From positions 27,466,001-27,530,000 of the forward strand of contig OX442314.1 in the NCBI GenBank assembly GCA_949358305.1: a stretch of DNA of 64,000 bases, read 5' to 3'. The translations under genes and the position numbers were made by a program. The notes under the pieces are model-generated. The model ran no database searches. It was not told where the DNA came from and worked only from the letters and a program-made list of their open reading frames with translations. Every line of letters begins with the position of its first letter. The first letter of the stretch is position 1. Source of the stretch: Strigamia acuminata. Taxonomy: Eukaryota. Below are positions 24,576-39,318 of the stretch, piece by piece.

Positions 24576-25591
24576 TTTTTAGGTGACGCGTTATGGAGAG
24601 TTTGCTGAAACAAAGAAACCGTACGAAAACTTAATTCTCGTCGAGTAGTGGGCTCGACAGTAAATATACCGAAGGATTTTATTTTTGTCAGCGTTCCTGG
24701 TTGTTTTCATTCGCACAAACCACTGATCAAGGGCGAGAAAGTGATTAAAGTGCTTATTGTAGGATATATATTAGAATATTTAATTTTTCATTTTATTGAA
24801 GGATTTTGTTCTGGCAAAGGCGAAATATTTGGAGATATTCAATGGTTCGCTTTGTTCAGGCTGGACCAGCTTCGGCGATGAGGTAAACAAACAATGTGCT
24901 CTGTGCAGTTTTTTTAGTTTAATTGAATTCTGTTATAACAAAACAATTCATTTCTAGGTACTAAAATTTCAAAAAATTGATCTATACGTCAAGAAATGAT
25001 AATTCATCAATTTCGAATGGAGTAATGAGCGCAAACAGTGAGCACAATACGAATTTATTTTTTTCGAAATACAAATTTGTTGACTACAATATTCGGTCCT
25101 GTCTTTCCCCCTGTAGGCTATGGCTGTTGGGAGGGACAGGATTACTTAGGTAATATCAATAAATTATTACGGAGTATATTATTATTAATACAAGGGAGCC
25201 ATGTTAGTTGCAAAACGTGTTAAAAGTGGAAAAAATTCCACAGATTCATTAGTATGCGCAAATAACTTTGCAGCAAGTGATAAAACATGACTCAATTGGT
25301 AGTTTGTGCATTACATAACTGATTGCACATTCACTCGGCATGCAATTACGGCAAAACTGAATAATAATGTCCAAAAAGCAATAACAAAGACAAGTGTACT
25401 CTCTGTGGTGCGGACATAAGCTTAGGACAGGCGTGTGAAAGTTGTCAGGTCCAGCAGTGATGCATCTACATCATGTGAGGCTCCGAGGCCCAGTGTAACT
25501 TTGAGGCTTCACATGCGAATTTCCGGTCGGACAGTCTTTTTAGCAGCCTTTTTTCGTGCCCTAATTATATACAACTTCACACAGATGGTGA

Positions 25592-28500
25592 CTATTTTTT
25601 CTTTACTTTTAGTAACTTCGAAACCAGCTTTTGCAAGAGTTGTGGAATTGCAAGAATAGAAAAGCCAAGCATCAGTGAAAAACAATTTCCAATGTCACAA
25701 CACAGTGCAACTCCAGTGTAGGATAATACTTGCTTAAACTCTTCAATTATGTTATTCATTGGAATTATTGAAAGGACTTTGAATGGCCATGCTGCTGTGT
25801 GTTGAAAGTAAACATATGTGTCAAACACTGGTTCTTCACAAAGTGGATGACAACCACACTCTTTCATTACATTAGTAGTTAAAGATCTGTTCATGAACAA
25901 TGCCAATGAAGTTTTAGCGTCTTCAATATTGGTACAATCATTCTTTTTGAGGTTGACCAAAAATGGTAACCTAAAAATATTTGAATAACATATATTATAA
26001 ACTACATCGTAGAACGTTTAGTACAAAGTTCGCGAGTGTCTTTTTAAAAGCTTTTATTAAAGGCTTTTATTAAAGGCTTTTATTTAACTTGACTTGAATG
26101 TTTGTGTGTGGGGTTCAACCTTGGACTAATGAGTCCAAGGTTCAACTTCCGGTTTGTGTAATGTCCACAAACAATGAATTAAAAAATTAATCGTAAGATT
26201 GGGAAGTAGACTTTTCCGGTGCAGTTTTTGATCTACTTTTCAATTATAACAATAAAATTAATATTAAAAGTAGTTAAAGGGAGAAAATGTTAAATTACGG
26301 CGAAATGTAATGGAAAACAGTGTCACCTGGCGGAACCTATGTCCTTTAATGGATGCCAAAATGTTCGCCCGATACGAATTTTGATGATTTCGGCACAAAA
26401 AAAGAATTTATAAATTCTAAAACTAAGCTACCGTAAATCTGGTTAAAATGAAAATTCCTATTTGCCCATATATTTTGTTTTTTAATATTGTTAAGAAAAA
26501 GTACTTTTTTGAAATTTTTGTTTCAATCACGAAACAATCTGCGGTAGTAGCGCACTCTGGTGGCGATTTGAAGCCCCAAAATGACGTCACCCATTCGTGA
26601 TTTATGCGGCGTATACGTTTTTGATTGACGCCAACTCTGTCACCGATAGGCCTCTTTCTCTTAGTACCGCTCTTGCATCGTTTTGGCTTGCACCCTCTCA
26701 TAGTTTCCAGCATATCTACCGCCAACGCCTCAATACGCTCGCGTAACTCTTCCGACGGACACCGACCCAGATCCGCGAAGAGAACCTTAACCCTCTCGCA
26801 GACGGAAGGTGCACCGAAGAATAGCATAAAAGCCTTTTTCCAAAAACGTACCATAGTTCTTTTGTTTTACTTGTTTTGGTTTTTTTTATTTTGCTGAACA
26901 AAGAAAAACCGAACAAATAATACGTATGACAAATTTCTGCATAAATATTAAAAGAAAAAATACTCACTTGCACTGAATTTCATTATAAATCTTTTTTTCG
27001 TAGCAATCTTCTTGGCATCTTGTGTGTTTGTCTCGGCCAAGGCAAGGTTGAGATTGTAAATTCAATCGGATGGTCTAAAATAAAACAATTGGTTAAGCAG
27101 TTTTGTTTAGATTTGTCTGCAAACATACTTTAAACATTTTGAATGTGAGAATGGTAAACGTGTTTGCTTTAATACTTCTTCTACTTCCTAGAATTGAGGG
27201 AATTGATGGAATTGTTGCTTCGCTTTGTTGAAAGTACACCTGCAGAAAGAAAATTATATTTTATCACTGTATTAAAGATCAGTTTGATTCTGATGAAATA
27301 GCCTTGCAGTTAACTAAAATACAAGATGGTGCAGGTATATTTTATCTTCGTGCATACTGCTAACTTGTAAGGTCTATAGTAAATTTCTTACAGCATTAAT
27401 TAGTTAATTATGACTAGATCTTGGATAAATGCATAAATGCATAGAATATATTTATATTGAATAAAAAGCCGAAATTGGCTTAAATTGCATATTTTGCGAA
27501 AATCGGTAAATAAATGCAAACCGGTAAATTGCCTTTTTTCCAGGAAAAAACGGCGATTTGTGTCTTTTTTTAATGATATGTAACATGTACGTATCAATTT
27601 TTGCCTTTTTTTTAAAGACGTGTATCGTGTACATATGCTTTATATTCGGAAAACTGAGGACTTCGCCAATAACAGACACCAAGGGAATCACTAAATGAGT
27701 GTCTAGAAAATATTTTCAGAAATAAACAAAAAAAAAATTAAAAAAAAGAAAGAAATGAATTGTAATTACTAATTATAATTCATTTACATCAAGAACACTT
27801 GGAAATAGCATTACTTCAGAGCTTTGAACTAGAAGGAGCTCTCGAGTGAACTTTGAACTAGAATGAGCTCTCAGTTCAAAGTTCAAAGTTCACTCAAATA
27901 AATTTTTTTATTTTGCATAAAATGGAATTTTTGGTGCATATAAAACGAAATTTATTTTTCATAAATATCTGGGGTCTAAATGACGGAGTTTGTGTAGTTA
28001 GCTAAGCTCCTATTTGCCAAGTGCAATGTGCTTATTTTAGTGCTGTGTAAGATCAACAGTTGGTGAGAAATAGGAATTTATTCATTACTTCGTACTCATC
28101 TGGCTTACAGATTTGACGACTGTTTGGTCGAAAACTAAAAAATATTGCTGTAGCAACACCTGCATATGTTAGTGGACCTAAGAAAACAATGTTGTTTTAG
28201 TAGTCCTATAATGTTTGCACACATTTCTAATTACGCATTTGAGATTGATAGCATGTTCCTGTGTGCATTGGTATTTTGGTCCAAGATACATTCGATCTGA
28301 ATCCTGTGTTCTGATAAGAAAATACCTTTTACCAGTGAATTCAGTTACCTTAAATTTGGGAGAATTTAAGTAAAGGCACGAGTTTCATCTAGCACTCACA
28401 TTTTATCTAATAAGTTACATTTACCAAATGCCTTTTGAATCAATGGCTTTGTTTACACAATGCTTATCGACCCATTGACCCAACAGAATACAGAAAATTT

Positions 28501-31189
28501 TAATTATCGGATCAAACACTTACACTTTCAGCATATTCCATGGTGACCTTATCTATTACGGGTGTTTGAAATCTCCATACATCTTCCATCGATGATTTTT
28601 TCCCTCTGATAGTCTTATTCATTAAATCAATGAAGTGAATTTTACATTCTGGAATGCCTGTAGTGTTGGCGTATTGGCTTCTGTAGTGTGTCATTAAGGG
28701 TCCGTCCATACATGCAATAATGTTGGGCAGATATAATGTGTCATTTTCTTGAATATTTACTACATATCTTGTCGGTTCGCTCAAATATAATGCGATTCTT
28801 TCTTTGCTCACATAAACTGCTAGTAAGCCGGAAATAAAAACAAGAATACGATACAAGGTGCGTTGAAGCTTAGGCGAAGTTTCCATTGTCTTTTTCTTCA
28901 AATTTTCCAAATTGATTTGATTAACAACTTTTGTTTTTATCTGAGCTTGTAGTCGAACAGGCCTGATATAATTGCAGAGGAGGAGCAAACCAAAGTGTAC
29001 AATTTCGATTATAGAGAGGAGAGACAATCCCAAGCAAAATCCTAGGTTGCCGCCCAAATCGATGACCAAATTAGGAATTTTGTAAATGTAGATTTCTGTC
29101 ATTCTGACAAATGTTTCTTCCATCGCTTTAAATTTTATACTTGCTAAATCTTTACTACTGGGTTCATCTTCAAAATCTAACAGTGAAAGATGAATAATTT
29201 TGTTATAATTACACGTCAAAATGATATTGTTCGACTTAACTAGTATCGGTCTGCACTATTAGGAGATAAACTCTCGTTTGACAAGGTCTTAAGCAACCAC
29301 ATTCAATTGTTGCCAGCGTGGATGTTTTGGGTTTGAACGAGTTTTCGTACACTTGAGCCACGATTGATTTGTTTGCTTCTAAACTGCAGTCTGGCAGAAT
29401 TTCGTCAGCCATGTAAGGCAACCTAAGTTAACCATCTATTAGCATACTAATGAATGATCAATGTGTACGTTAAGTAAGTTTAAACCTGCACTTTGGATCG
29501 GTTTTGAGATTTTGCTTGTTCACACAGTCTTTATAACATTGGGTTTGCTTTATCAGGCTGGGCTCACAGTAGGGCTTTCTTGAAGGCAAAAATTGATACT
29601 TGCAGAAAAGAAATACAATTTTACTATTTTAGTTATATGTATTGATTTACAAATCAAATGTATTATAAATGCATAGAGATAACTAATCATGCAACGCGAT
29701 TCACAGTTGAATAAGCTGCAAGAAATATACAAGCAAGCAATTATAACTCACTTGACGCAAAATAAATGGAACTTCAACTTCAATTCCCATCTGTATTGTA
29801 AAAGTATATCTATACGGCAGGACACCATCCTTCGCAGACATCTATTATTAAATTGTGTTATGTATATTATATTAATTTTACACTAGGTGCATTCAAAATA
29901 TCATGTTTCAAATGTTTTGTTTGTTTTTCTTATTCTTTTTTTGACATCAGAAATCAAAAACACAAATCCATACAGTGGTCGCCAAAAGTTTAGCACCACT
30001 ACTGTCATTTGCACTATTTAGTGCTTTTACAACAAGTAAAACCTGCAGCGTTTTTGTGATATAAAATATAAATTTGCCATTAAATTCTAAATTCTTAAAT
30101 GCTAAAACATTTAAACAAATCATACATTGTAATTAACAATAGTAATTTTTAGTGTTTGTATACAAATTGTTGCTGGACAAAGGTTTAGTACCAAATTCAA
30201 AAATGCACAAAAAACCTGGTTTCTTCAGAAAATCATTATTTATTTGAACAATATATTTCAATATTTTGTTGGCTAACCAACTAATAAGTTGATTTGACTT
30301 ATCGATTTTGCAAAATGAACTGACCGTAATCATTGGTGCTTTACAGGTCCCATTTTTCTTAAAGACGACATTAAATATTCTGTTTAGAGCTAGTTTTACA
30401 TCTAAAAAAAATTGCTTAGTCAAAAATTATATAACCAGACAAGATAATTATCGTATATTAATTTTACCTGTTGTTACAATCAGTGTACGGCCAAAAACAT
30501 AATCGTTGTATTTTAATGCAAATGTTTTACCCTGATTTGTATAATTGCCACTTTTTATCTTAGTGCCAAGTAACACAGTTTTGCCCTAAAAAAGTTATTG
30601 GCAACAATATTTGTTAATACGGATTTCTTAGGTATCCAAAAGAACAGTATATATAATTTCTTTTTAAATTGCACAAAGGAATAAGGTAACTTGCCTGTTT
30701 GATTTTGAGGTACTGCATATTTTCTGATATGTTGGAATGTTCCCACAAGTTTGTATAATTTTTAACCTTGACTTGCTGTGAGATGATTCCTCTCACTGCG
30801 AGCCTGCAAGCTTTCATTAACTTTTGTGCACCATCAATTGTATTCGGTTCTGGTATTTTGTCCCAGTACTTCGACATCAATGGAGTGTCAAGAGCCATGA
30901 GTCTCACTTCAGGGAATCTGTTTTCCTGTATTGGAACAAATTCGATTTCAACTTTGTAAGGTCCAGACATGTAGAAGCAAAATCTTTCCCAAGTTTGATA
31001 ACTGAAGATGCCGAAACAAACGACCAAACCAAGCAACCAAATGAAACGAAGTATTCCAGTGTTCTCGAGAACTTGGTTTATAAATTGAAAACTATCTTTG
31101 CCCGTCAGTGAAGTTTGCATTTTTTGTTGCACATATTGGCGAATACGGTTACGGGTCCGACGAATAAGCAACGCTCTAGGAGCCGTCAT
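25592..31189 (-). CDS. Tandem two-domain DEG/ENaC-like channel, copy B
   Basis: Same exon series and motifs as copy A; the intron-1 donor is GC (GCAAGT). Not every exon was translated. Confidence 0.82.
26041..26875. mobile_element. Helentron/DINE-like insertion in the last intron of copy B
   Basis: Same family as 23560-24119, inverted; absent in A and C; inserted in a T-run. Confidence 0.5.
27415..27978. mobile_element. Degenerate TIR element in a copy B intron
   Basis: TAGATC...GGTCTA imperfect ends; absent in copy C; TSD unclear. Confidence 0.4.
29973..30270 (+). mobile_element. Tc1/mariner-like remnant shared by copies B and C (C: ~37709-37990)
   Basis: TA|CAGTGG..AAAAGTTTAGCACC end at the same intron-3 position in both copies. 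Confidence 0.55.
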
Positions 31190-31490
31190 TTTTCTTCAAA
31201 TCAACTTTAAAAGTTAAAACTACATAACCTACGTACAGTTTAACGTCGATGGTACTTAAATGATGAAAACTAATTATATTTTAAATTAATTTTCGTATTT
31301 GGAAAGTAATTTTAAATTAATTTAATTTCTTTTTCACACGAACTGAAAATGATTATGGTTGTAAAACTCAGAAAGTTAATTTGTTTCTAACTTAATGTTT
31401 TCTAAGTCATGACTCTTTTCAATTTGTCAACAGCAATGAAAGGAACTAAAGTCATTAAAGTTTAATGAAATATTGACGTTTCAAAACTAT

Positions 31491-31920
31491 CACTAGAAAA
31501 AAAAGTAAATTTCCAAACATTTCCAAGTTGGAAATTAATATGGAAAATTTGAATTTCCTATTATGAGAAAATTTGTTGGAAATGTGTTGTAAATATTCAT
31601 ACATTTCCACACTTTTGGAAATGAGTAGTAAAAGTGAAATCTATATTTCCAATAAATTGTAAATTTGTTTTTAAAATATTATATTTACAATCAGTTTTTT
31701 TTCAGATGAAAATGTTGTTTGGATATTTCCAAAACATTGTAAATATAAAGGTAGATGGATCTTACAAGTTTGGAAATTAGATTTACAAACAATTGAAAAA
31801 ACGTTTTTTCTCAATATATTTATAACCTATTAAAGAGACCATTTACATGACTTTTATATTTACATGACCTTTATATTTACAATGTTTTACAAAAATGTAA
31901 ATCTACTTTTTTTTCCAGTG
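31491..31920. mobile_element. CACT-ended MITE (CMC/CACTA-like)
   Basis: CACTAGAAAAAAAAAGTAAATTT...AAATCTACTTTTTTTTCCAGTG flanked by TAT; absent upstream of A and C. Confidence 0.75.
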
Positions 31921-32149
31921 TATACTTGTAAGCTGGATTTATGATGGTTGTTTGCGAGAGAGGAGTCCGTTTACATCATTTTTTACTATGAATTTTTTGA
32001 AAGTATAAATACCTCGCCACGGTCATTTATTTTGTCGCGTCCTTTGCAGGTAATGTTAAATAACCAGTTCAAGGTGTAACTTCCGTGGTTTGTTTTATCT
32101 GATAGTTTCTACCAAAATAATATTCTACAATATACTTAAAGGAATAAAG

Positions 32150-32630
32150 TGTTTGTGACGTGTGCAGTCTTGTCCATAGCAAACTGGGGATTGATTACTA
32201 TGGGTGGGACTGGCCCTCACGTAAATAATGGAGACAGGGATTCCGGATTGTTGGGTTTTGGTCTGTAATCCGCAGTTCCCATCACCCGTGTCGGCGATGC
32301 CCTTAGAGCATTCCACACCCGCAACCGACCCATCACACATGGGCGTTTGCCCGTGAGTGACATGGTCGGATAATACTGTTGCATTTATGATGTGTGCAAC
32401 TCCGACTGCAGGAATGCAGTCGTCATGTTTGTCTTCCTGTTTGGGCATGAAACCCAAGAGAAAGTAAGACGTGTTACGTATATGAGTCGGATTTTGAAGT
32501 CGACTAGTTTATTTATTGCATTAAGAATGGTTGGTTGCCTAGGAGAATCCGTACATGATTGTTGTTAGTCAAAATGGAGTGTGTGATACACAACATGCCT
32601 TCCCCCTGTAATAATTTTAGAAGGGGAAGA
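32150..32630 (-). mobile_element. Isolated LTR (~445 bp) with adjacent polypurine tract
   Basis: TGTTGTG...CACAAACA ends on the minus strand, preceded by CAGGGGGAAGGCA; internal AATAAA. Confidence 0.6.
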
Positions 32631-32694
32631 CAGTGCGAGCGGTGGCTTGGCGTCCTGCGACGGGTGTAGCGTCCCACGATGAGCGGTGACGGAG

Positions 32695-33020
32695 TTACTT
32701 TAGAATATGGCCCGCTTCAGAATGGGCCAAAAATTTGGTTACATGCCAAACAAACCTCCCTAAGTCCGAAAATGACACTTAAAAATGTCGGAAATGAACC
32801 TAACTTGACATGGCCTAGCCTATCCTTAACATAACCTAACCTAACCTAACAATACCATTAAGATTAGGTTAGGTTAAGGATAGGCTAGTCCAGGTTAAGT
32901 GAGGTTAAAGTTAGGTTCATTTCCGACACTTTTGAGTGTCATTTTCGGACTCAGGAGGCTTTATTTGGTAAGTAACCAAATTTTGGGCTCATTCTGAAGC
33001 GGGCCATATTCTAAAGTAAA
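32695..33020. mobile_element. MITE with long TIRs and AACCT repeats
   Basis: TACTTTAGAATATGGCCCGCTTCAGAATG...CATTCTGAAGCGGGCCATATTCTAAAGTA. Confidence 0.75.
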
Positions 33021-33176
33021 CCCGCGGTGACTGTGGCAACAAGATGCTCGGACTGGTGGCAGGGTGTGGCGGCTATGTCGCCAGTGGCGGATGCGACGAT
33101 GACTCACCGGATGCGACGATGACTCACCGGATGCGACGGCGACTCGCAGATGAGGCGGCGATGTGCTTTGTGAAAT

Positions 33177-33950
33177 GGCTCTGAACAAAAGGCAGGGTAC
33201 ACCCAAAATAGGGTACCCAATTTGGGTACCCAAGTAAAACGAAATTTATTTATTTTTTAATAAAAAGTTTTACATTTCTATAAGATATGTTATTACGGGA
33301 AATTATTTAACACATTTATATACTTGATGACATTGATCGTGAATTATTTTTTCCACAAATATAACTTCTTCGTTTTGTTTAGAGAAATCATTTCTCCTTT
33401 TTGGTTTTACAAAATCAGGAAGAGGTAAACAATCGAAAAAAAGAAATGACGCCTGTGTTTGAGAAACACAGCACTGATTTTTAATGAATTTAAATCGATT
33501 TTGATGAATTTTTAACGAATTTAAGTCAGTTTTCAACGAATTTAAGTCGGTTTTCAACGAATTTAAGTCAATTTTTAACGAATTTATGTCGATTTTTACC
33601 GAACTTAAGTCGATTTTAACAAATTTAAGTCAATTTTTAACGAATTTAAATAGATTTTTAACGAATTAAGTTGATTTTAATAATTTATAATAAATTTAAA
33701 TCGATTGTGATAACTTTTTAAAATGATTTTGATGATTTTTTGAAATGATTTTTATAATTTTATGTCAATTTCATGTTTAATGCTGACAATTTTGTGTTTA
33801 ATTTTGTTTAATTTTTAATATTTGTGTCATAATAAAAATTATATTGATTACTGAAAATTGTAAAAAAAAGTTAATTAATCAATCCAGGAAATCTTGGGCA
33901 CCCAAATTGGGTACCCCACATTGGGTGTACCCAGCGTTTTGTTCAGAGCC
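33177..33950. mobile_element. Mutator (MULE)-type MITE with an internal 22-bp minisatellite
   Basis: GGCTCTGAACAAAA...TTTTGTTCAGAGCC, 9-bp TSD TTGTGAAAT; empty site near 24295; a lone related end at ~54311-54368. Confidence 0.88.
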
Positions 33951-34722
33951 TTGTGAAATCGCAAATGTTTCCTCATTGGGGCGTGGAATACATCACAGAT
34001 TGGCACTGGCTTAAAGTATTTTTAACGAGAATGTGTAATTTTGAATTAATATTTACAGCTGTTTATTGGTTTTAGGTGACGCGTTGTGGAGAGTTTATTG
34101 TCCCGTTGGACAATCATACAAAGAAACCGTACGAAAACTTTATTCTCGGTCGAGTAATGGGCTCGACGATAAACATACCAAAGGATTTGATTTTTGTCAG
34201 CGTTCCTAGATTTATTGGAGGATTTTGTTCCAGCGAAGGCGAAATATTTGGAGATTTGGAGATTTCGAATGGAGTAATGACCGCAAACAGTGAGCACCGA
34301 CTAATTAATTTATTTCAAAATACAAATTTGGTAACTACAATATTCAAAATAAAACAGTAGGGCCATGTTAGCTGCAAAACGTGTTAAAAGTGGAAAAACA
34401 TTACACGGATTTATTAGTACGGTATGTGCGAATAACTTTGCAGCAAGTGATAAAACAAACATGACTCAATTGGTATTTTGTGCATTACATAAATCATTGC
34501 ATGCTATTATGGCAAATCTGAATAATAATGTCCAAAAAGCAAACACAAAGACAAGTGAACTCTCTGTGTTACGGACATAAGCTTAGGACAGGCATCTGAA
34601 AGGTGTCAGGTCCAGCAGTGATACGTTTACACAATATGAGGCTCCAAGGTGCAGTGTAACTTCTGGACCCTTCGTAGTAGCCCTTTTCGGTGCCCTAATT
34701 ACATATGACTTGACACAGATGG

Positions 34723-37700
34723 TTAGTATGTTTTCTTTAATTTAACTAACTCAGAAATCAGCTTTTGCAAGAGTTGTGGAATTGCAAGAATAGAAAGGCC
34801 AAGCATCAGTGAAAAACAATTTCCAATGTCACAACACAGTGCAACTCTAGTGTAGGATAATACTTGTGAATACTCTTCAATTATGTTATTCAGTGGAACT
34901 ATTGAAAGAACTTTGATTGGCCATGCATCGGGATGTTGAAAGTAAACATATGTGTCAAACACTGGTTCTTCACAAAGTGGATGACAACCGCACTCTTTCA
35001 TTACATCAGTAGTTAAAGATCTGTTCAAGAACAATCCCAATGAAGTTTTAGCGTTTTCAATATTGCTACAATCATTCTTTTTGATGTTGACCAAAAATGG
35101 TAACCTAAAAATATTTGAATAACTTATATTACAGACTACATCGTAGAACGTTTAGTACAAAGTTCGTAAGTGTAATTTCTTTGGGTTTTTTTTATTTTGT
35201 AAACAAAGAAAAACCAAGCAAATGATACGTATGACAAATTTCTGCGTAAATACTAAAAGAAAAAATACTCACTTGCACTGAATTTCATTATAAATCTTCT
35301 TTTCGTAGCAATCGTCTTGGCATCTTTGGTGTTTGTCTCGGTCAAGGCAAGGTTGAGATTGTAAATTCAATCGGATGGTCTAAATTAAAACAACTGGTTA
35401 AGCAGTTTTGTTTAGAATTGTCTGCAAACATACTTTAAACATTTTGAATGTGAGAATGGTAAACGTGTTTGCTTTAATTCTTCTTCTGCTTCTGAGAATT
35501 GAGGGAATTGATGGGATTGTTGCTTCGCTTTGTTGAAAGTACACCTGCAGAAAGAAAATTATATTTTATCATTATTAAAGATCAGTTTGCTTCTAATGAA
35601 ATAGCATTGCAGTTAACTAAAATACAAGATGGTGCAGGTATATTTTATCTCCGTGCATTCTGCTAAGCTCTATAGTAAATTTCTTACAACATTATTTAGT
35701 TGGATTATGAGTGTATGACAATGAGTTTTTGCAGTTAGCTAAGGTCGAGCTTAGCAGATAGGGTTGTATCTGCCAAGTGCAATGTACTTATTCGAGTTCT
35801 GTGCATGATCAACAGTTGATGACAAATGAAATTTATTCCTTACTTCATACACATCTGGCTTACAGATTTGACGACTGTTTGGTCGAAAACTAAAAAATAT
35901 TGTTGTAGTAGCACCTGCATATGTTACTGGACCTAAGAAAACAATGTCGTTTTAGTCGTTCTATAACTTTTGCACAAATTTTTAATTACTAATATGAGAT
36001 TGATAGCATGTTCCTGTGTGCATTGTTATTTTGCTCCAAGATACATTAGATCTCAACCCTGTGTTCTGATAAGAAAATACAATTTTGTTAAATTTGGGAG
36101 AATTTGATTAAAGGCACGAGTTTCATCTAACACTCGCACATTTTATCTTACGGGTAACGACTTACATTTATCAAATGTCTTTTGATTCAATGGCTTTGTT
36201 TACACAATGCTTATTGACTCATTGACTCAACAGACATTTTTAAATATCGGACCAAACACTTACACTTTCAGCAATATCCATGGTGACCTTATCCATTACG
36301 GGTGTTTGAAATCTCCATACATCTTCCATCGATGATTTTTTCCCTCTGGTAGTCTTATTCATTAAATCAATGAAGTGAATTTTACATTCTGGAATGCCTG
36401 TAGTGTTGGCATATTGGCTTCTGTAGTGTGTCATTAAGGGTCCGTCCATACATGCAATAATGTTGGGCAGATACAATGTGTCATTTTCTTGAATATTTAC
36501 TACATATCTTGTCGGTTCGCTCAAATATAATGTGATTCTTTCTTTGCTAACATAAACTGCTAGCAAGCCGGAAATAAAAACAAGAATACGATACAACGTG
36601 CGTTGAAGCATGGGCGAAGTTTTCATTGTCTTTTTCTTCAAATTTTCCAAATTGATTTGTTTAACAACTTTTGTTTTTATCTGAGTTTGTAGTCGAATAG
36701 GTCTGATATAATTGCAGAAGAGGAGCAAACCAAAGTGAACAATTTCAATTATAGAGAGGAGAGACAATCCCAAGCAAAATCCTAGGTTGCCGCCAAAATC
36801 GATCACCAAATCAGGAATTTTGTAAATGTAGATTTCTGTCATTCTGACAAATGTTTCTTCCATCACTTTAAGATTTAAACTTGCTAAATCTTTACTACTG
36901 GGTTCATCTTCAAACTCTAACGGTGAAAGATGAAGAATTTTGTTATAATTACACGTAAAAATGATATCGTTGACTTAACTAGTATCGGTGTGCACTATTA
37001 GAAGATAAACTCTTGTTTGACAAGGTCTTAAGCAACCACATTCAATTGTCGCCAGTGTGGATGTTTCGGGAAGGTAGGAGTCGTCATACACTTTAAACAC
37101 AATTGATTTGTTTGCTTCTAAACTGCAGTCTGGCAGATTTTTGTCAGCCATGTAAGGCAACCTAAGTTAACAATCTATCAGCATTATCAATTGTTTCAGT
37201 GAACTAAGTTTACAGACCTGCATGGTGGATGTTTTTTTAGAGTTTGTTTTGTCACACAGTCTTCATAACATTGCGTTTGCTTTATCAGGCTGGGCTCACA
37301 GTAGGGCTTTCTTGAAGGCAAAAATTGATACTTGCAGAAAAGAAATACAATATCACTATTTTAGTTACATGTATTGATGTACAAATCAAATGTATTATAA
37401 ATGAGAGATAACTAATTATGCAACGCCATTAACAGTTGAATAAGCTGCAAGATATATAGAAATAAGCAATTATAAGTTAACTCACTTGACGCAAAATAAA
37501 TTGAAATTCAACTTCAATTCCCATCTGTATTGGCATAGTATATCTATACGGCATGACACCATCCTTCATTGACATCTAGCATTAAATGGTGTTAAGTATA
37601 TTATATTAATTTTACACTAGCTGCATTCAAAAAGTCATGTTTTAAATGTTTTAGGTGTTTGTTTTTCTTATTCTTTTTTAAACATTAGAAATCAAAAACA

Positions 37701-39318
37701 CAAACATACAGTGGTGGGCAAAAGTTTAGCACCACTATTGTCATTTGCAGCGGCTTTCTAATACAAAATATGAATTTGGCCTTAAATTTTGCTTTTAGAA
37801 AATGCTAAAACATTTAAACAAATCATACATTGTAATTAACAATAGTAATTAACAATAGTAATTTTTAGTGTTTGTATACAAATTGTTGCTGGACAAACGT
37901 TTAGCACCGCATTCATAAAAGCACAGGAAACCTGGTTTTTTCAGAAAATCATTGTTGATTTGAACAATACATTTCAATATTTTGTTTGCTAACCGACTAT
38001 ACTCTGTCCATGTATAACTTGGTCCTATTTCCCATTGGCTGAGCCTCATAACTCACTTTGTGCTGCCACCAGGAAAAATAGTTCAGAGTGATCTTAAATT
38101 TGTTTGATGATTTTAATCATTGAAATGATGTAATGTTGTTTGTATTTTCTAAGTAAATGTATCTTGAAGTTATAAAATAAAGATTTATGTTGGTTTATTT
38201 CAACATTCCTGTTTATTAAGTTTATTGCTTGCTTCTTCCAGGAAACAAAAGAATTTTTAAATTTTTTTATTGGTTGTTTTGTCTGGAAAGCAGTCAAAAT
38301 GGCAACCATTGTTTTGATCTATTTTTGGCATCACTACACAAGTGAAAAGGCTCTGCCAATCGGAAATAGGCCCAAGTTACACAAGGACAGAGTGTAATAA
38401 GTTGATTTGACGTATTGATTGTGACAAAATAAACTGACCGTAATCATTGGTGCTTTACAGGTCCCATTTTTCTTAAAGACGGCATTAAATTTTCTGTTTG
38501 GTGCTAGTTTTAAATCTAAAAAAAATAGCTTAGTCAAAATTTATATTAACAGACAAGATAATTATCGTGTATTAATTTTACCTGTTGTTACAGTCAGTGT
38601 ACGGCCAAAAACATAATCGTTGTATCTTAATGCAATTGTTTTACCCTGACTTGTATAATTGCCACTTTTTATCTTAGTGCCAAGTAACATAGTTTTGCCC
38701 TAAAAAAGTTATTGGCAAATTATTGGAAACAATATTTATTAATATGGCGTTTTTACGTATCCAAAAGAACATGTAGTAAATATAATTTCTTTTTAAATTG
38801 CATAAAGGAATAAGGTTACTTACCTGTCTGAATTTTATGTGCTGCAAATTGTCTGAAATGTTGGAATGTTTCCACAAGTGAGAATAATTTTCAACCTTGA
38901 CTTGCTTTAAGATGATTCCTCTCACTGGGAGCCTGCAATCTCTCATTAACTCTTTTGTACCTTCAATTGTGTTAGGTTCTGGTATTTTGTCCCAGTACTT
39001 CGACATAAATGGAGTATCAAGAGCCATGAGTCTCACTTTAGGGAATCCGTTTTCCTGTATTGGAACAAATTCGATTTCAACTTTGTAAGGTCCAGACATG
39101 TAGAAGCGAAATCTTTCCCAAGTTTGATAACTGAAGATGCCGAAACAAACGACCAAACCAAGCAACCAAATGAAACGAAGTATTCCAGTGTTCGCGAGAA
39201 CTTGGTTTATAAATTGAAAACTATCTTTGCCCATCAGTGAAGTTTGCATTTTTTGTTGCACATATTGGCGAATACGGTTACGGGTCCGACGAATAAGCAA
39301 CGCTCTAAGAGCCGTCAT
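34723..39318 (-). CDS. Tandem two-domain DEG/ENaC-like channel, copy C
   Basis: Same exon series and motifs as A and B (DFGGNLGFCLGLS; DIGNCFSLMLGLS). Not every exon was translated. Confidence 0.83.
38000..38394. mobile_element. TA-flanked MITE in copy C intron 3
   Basis: TACTCTGTCC...GGACAGAGTG TIRs with TA TSD; empty site in copy B near 30280. Confidence 0.8.

Noticed and set aside
24590..25560. Plus-strand gene in the conserved flank downstream of each channel gene (also 13061-13560, 34080-34700)
   Set aside because: Short CxxC-like peptides appear, but frames and stops differ between copies; segmental duplication explains the similarity.
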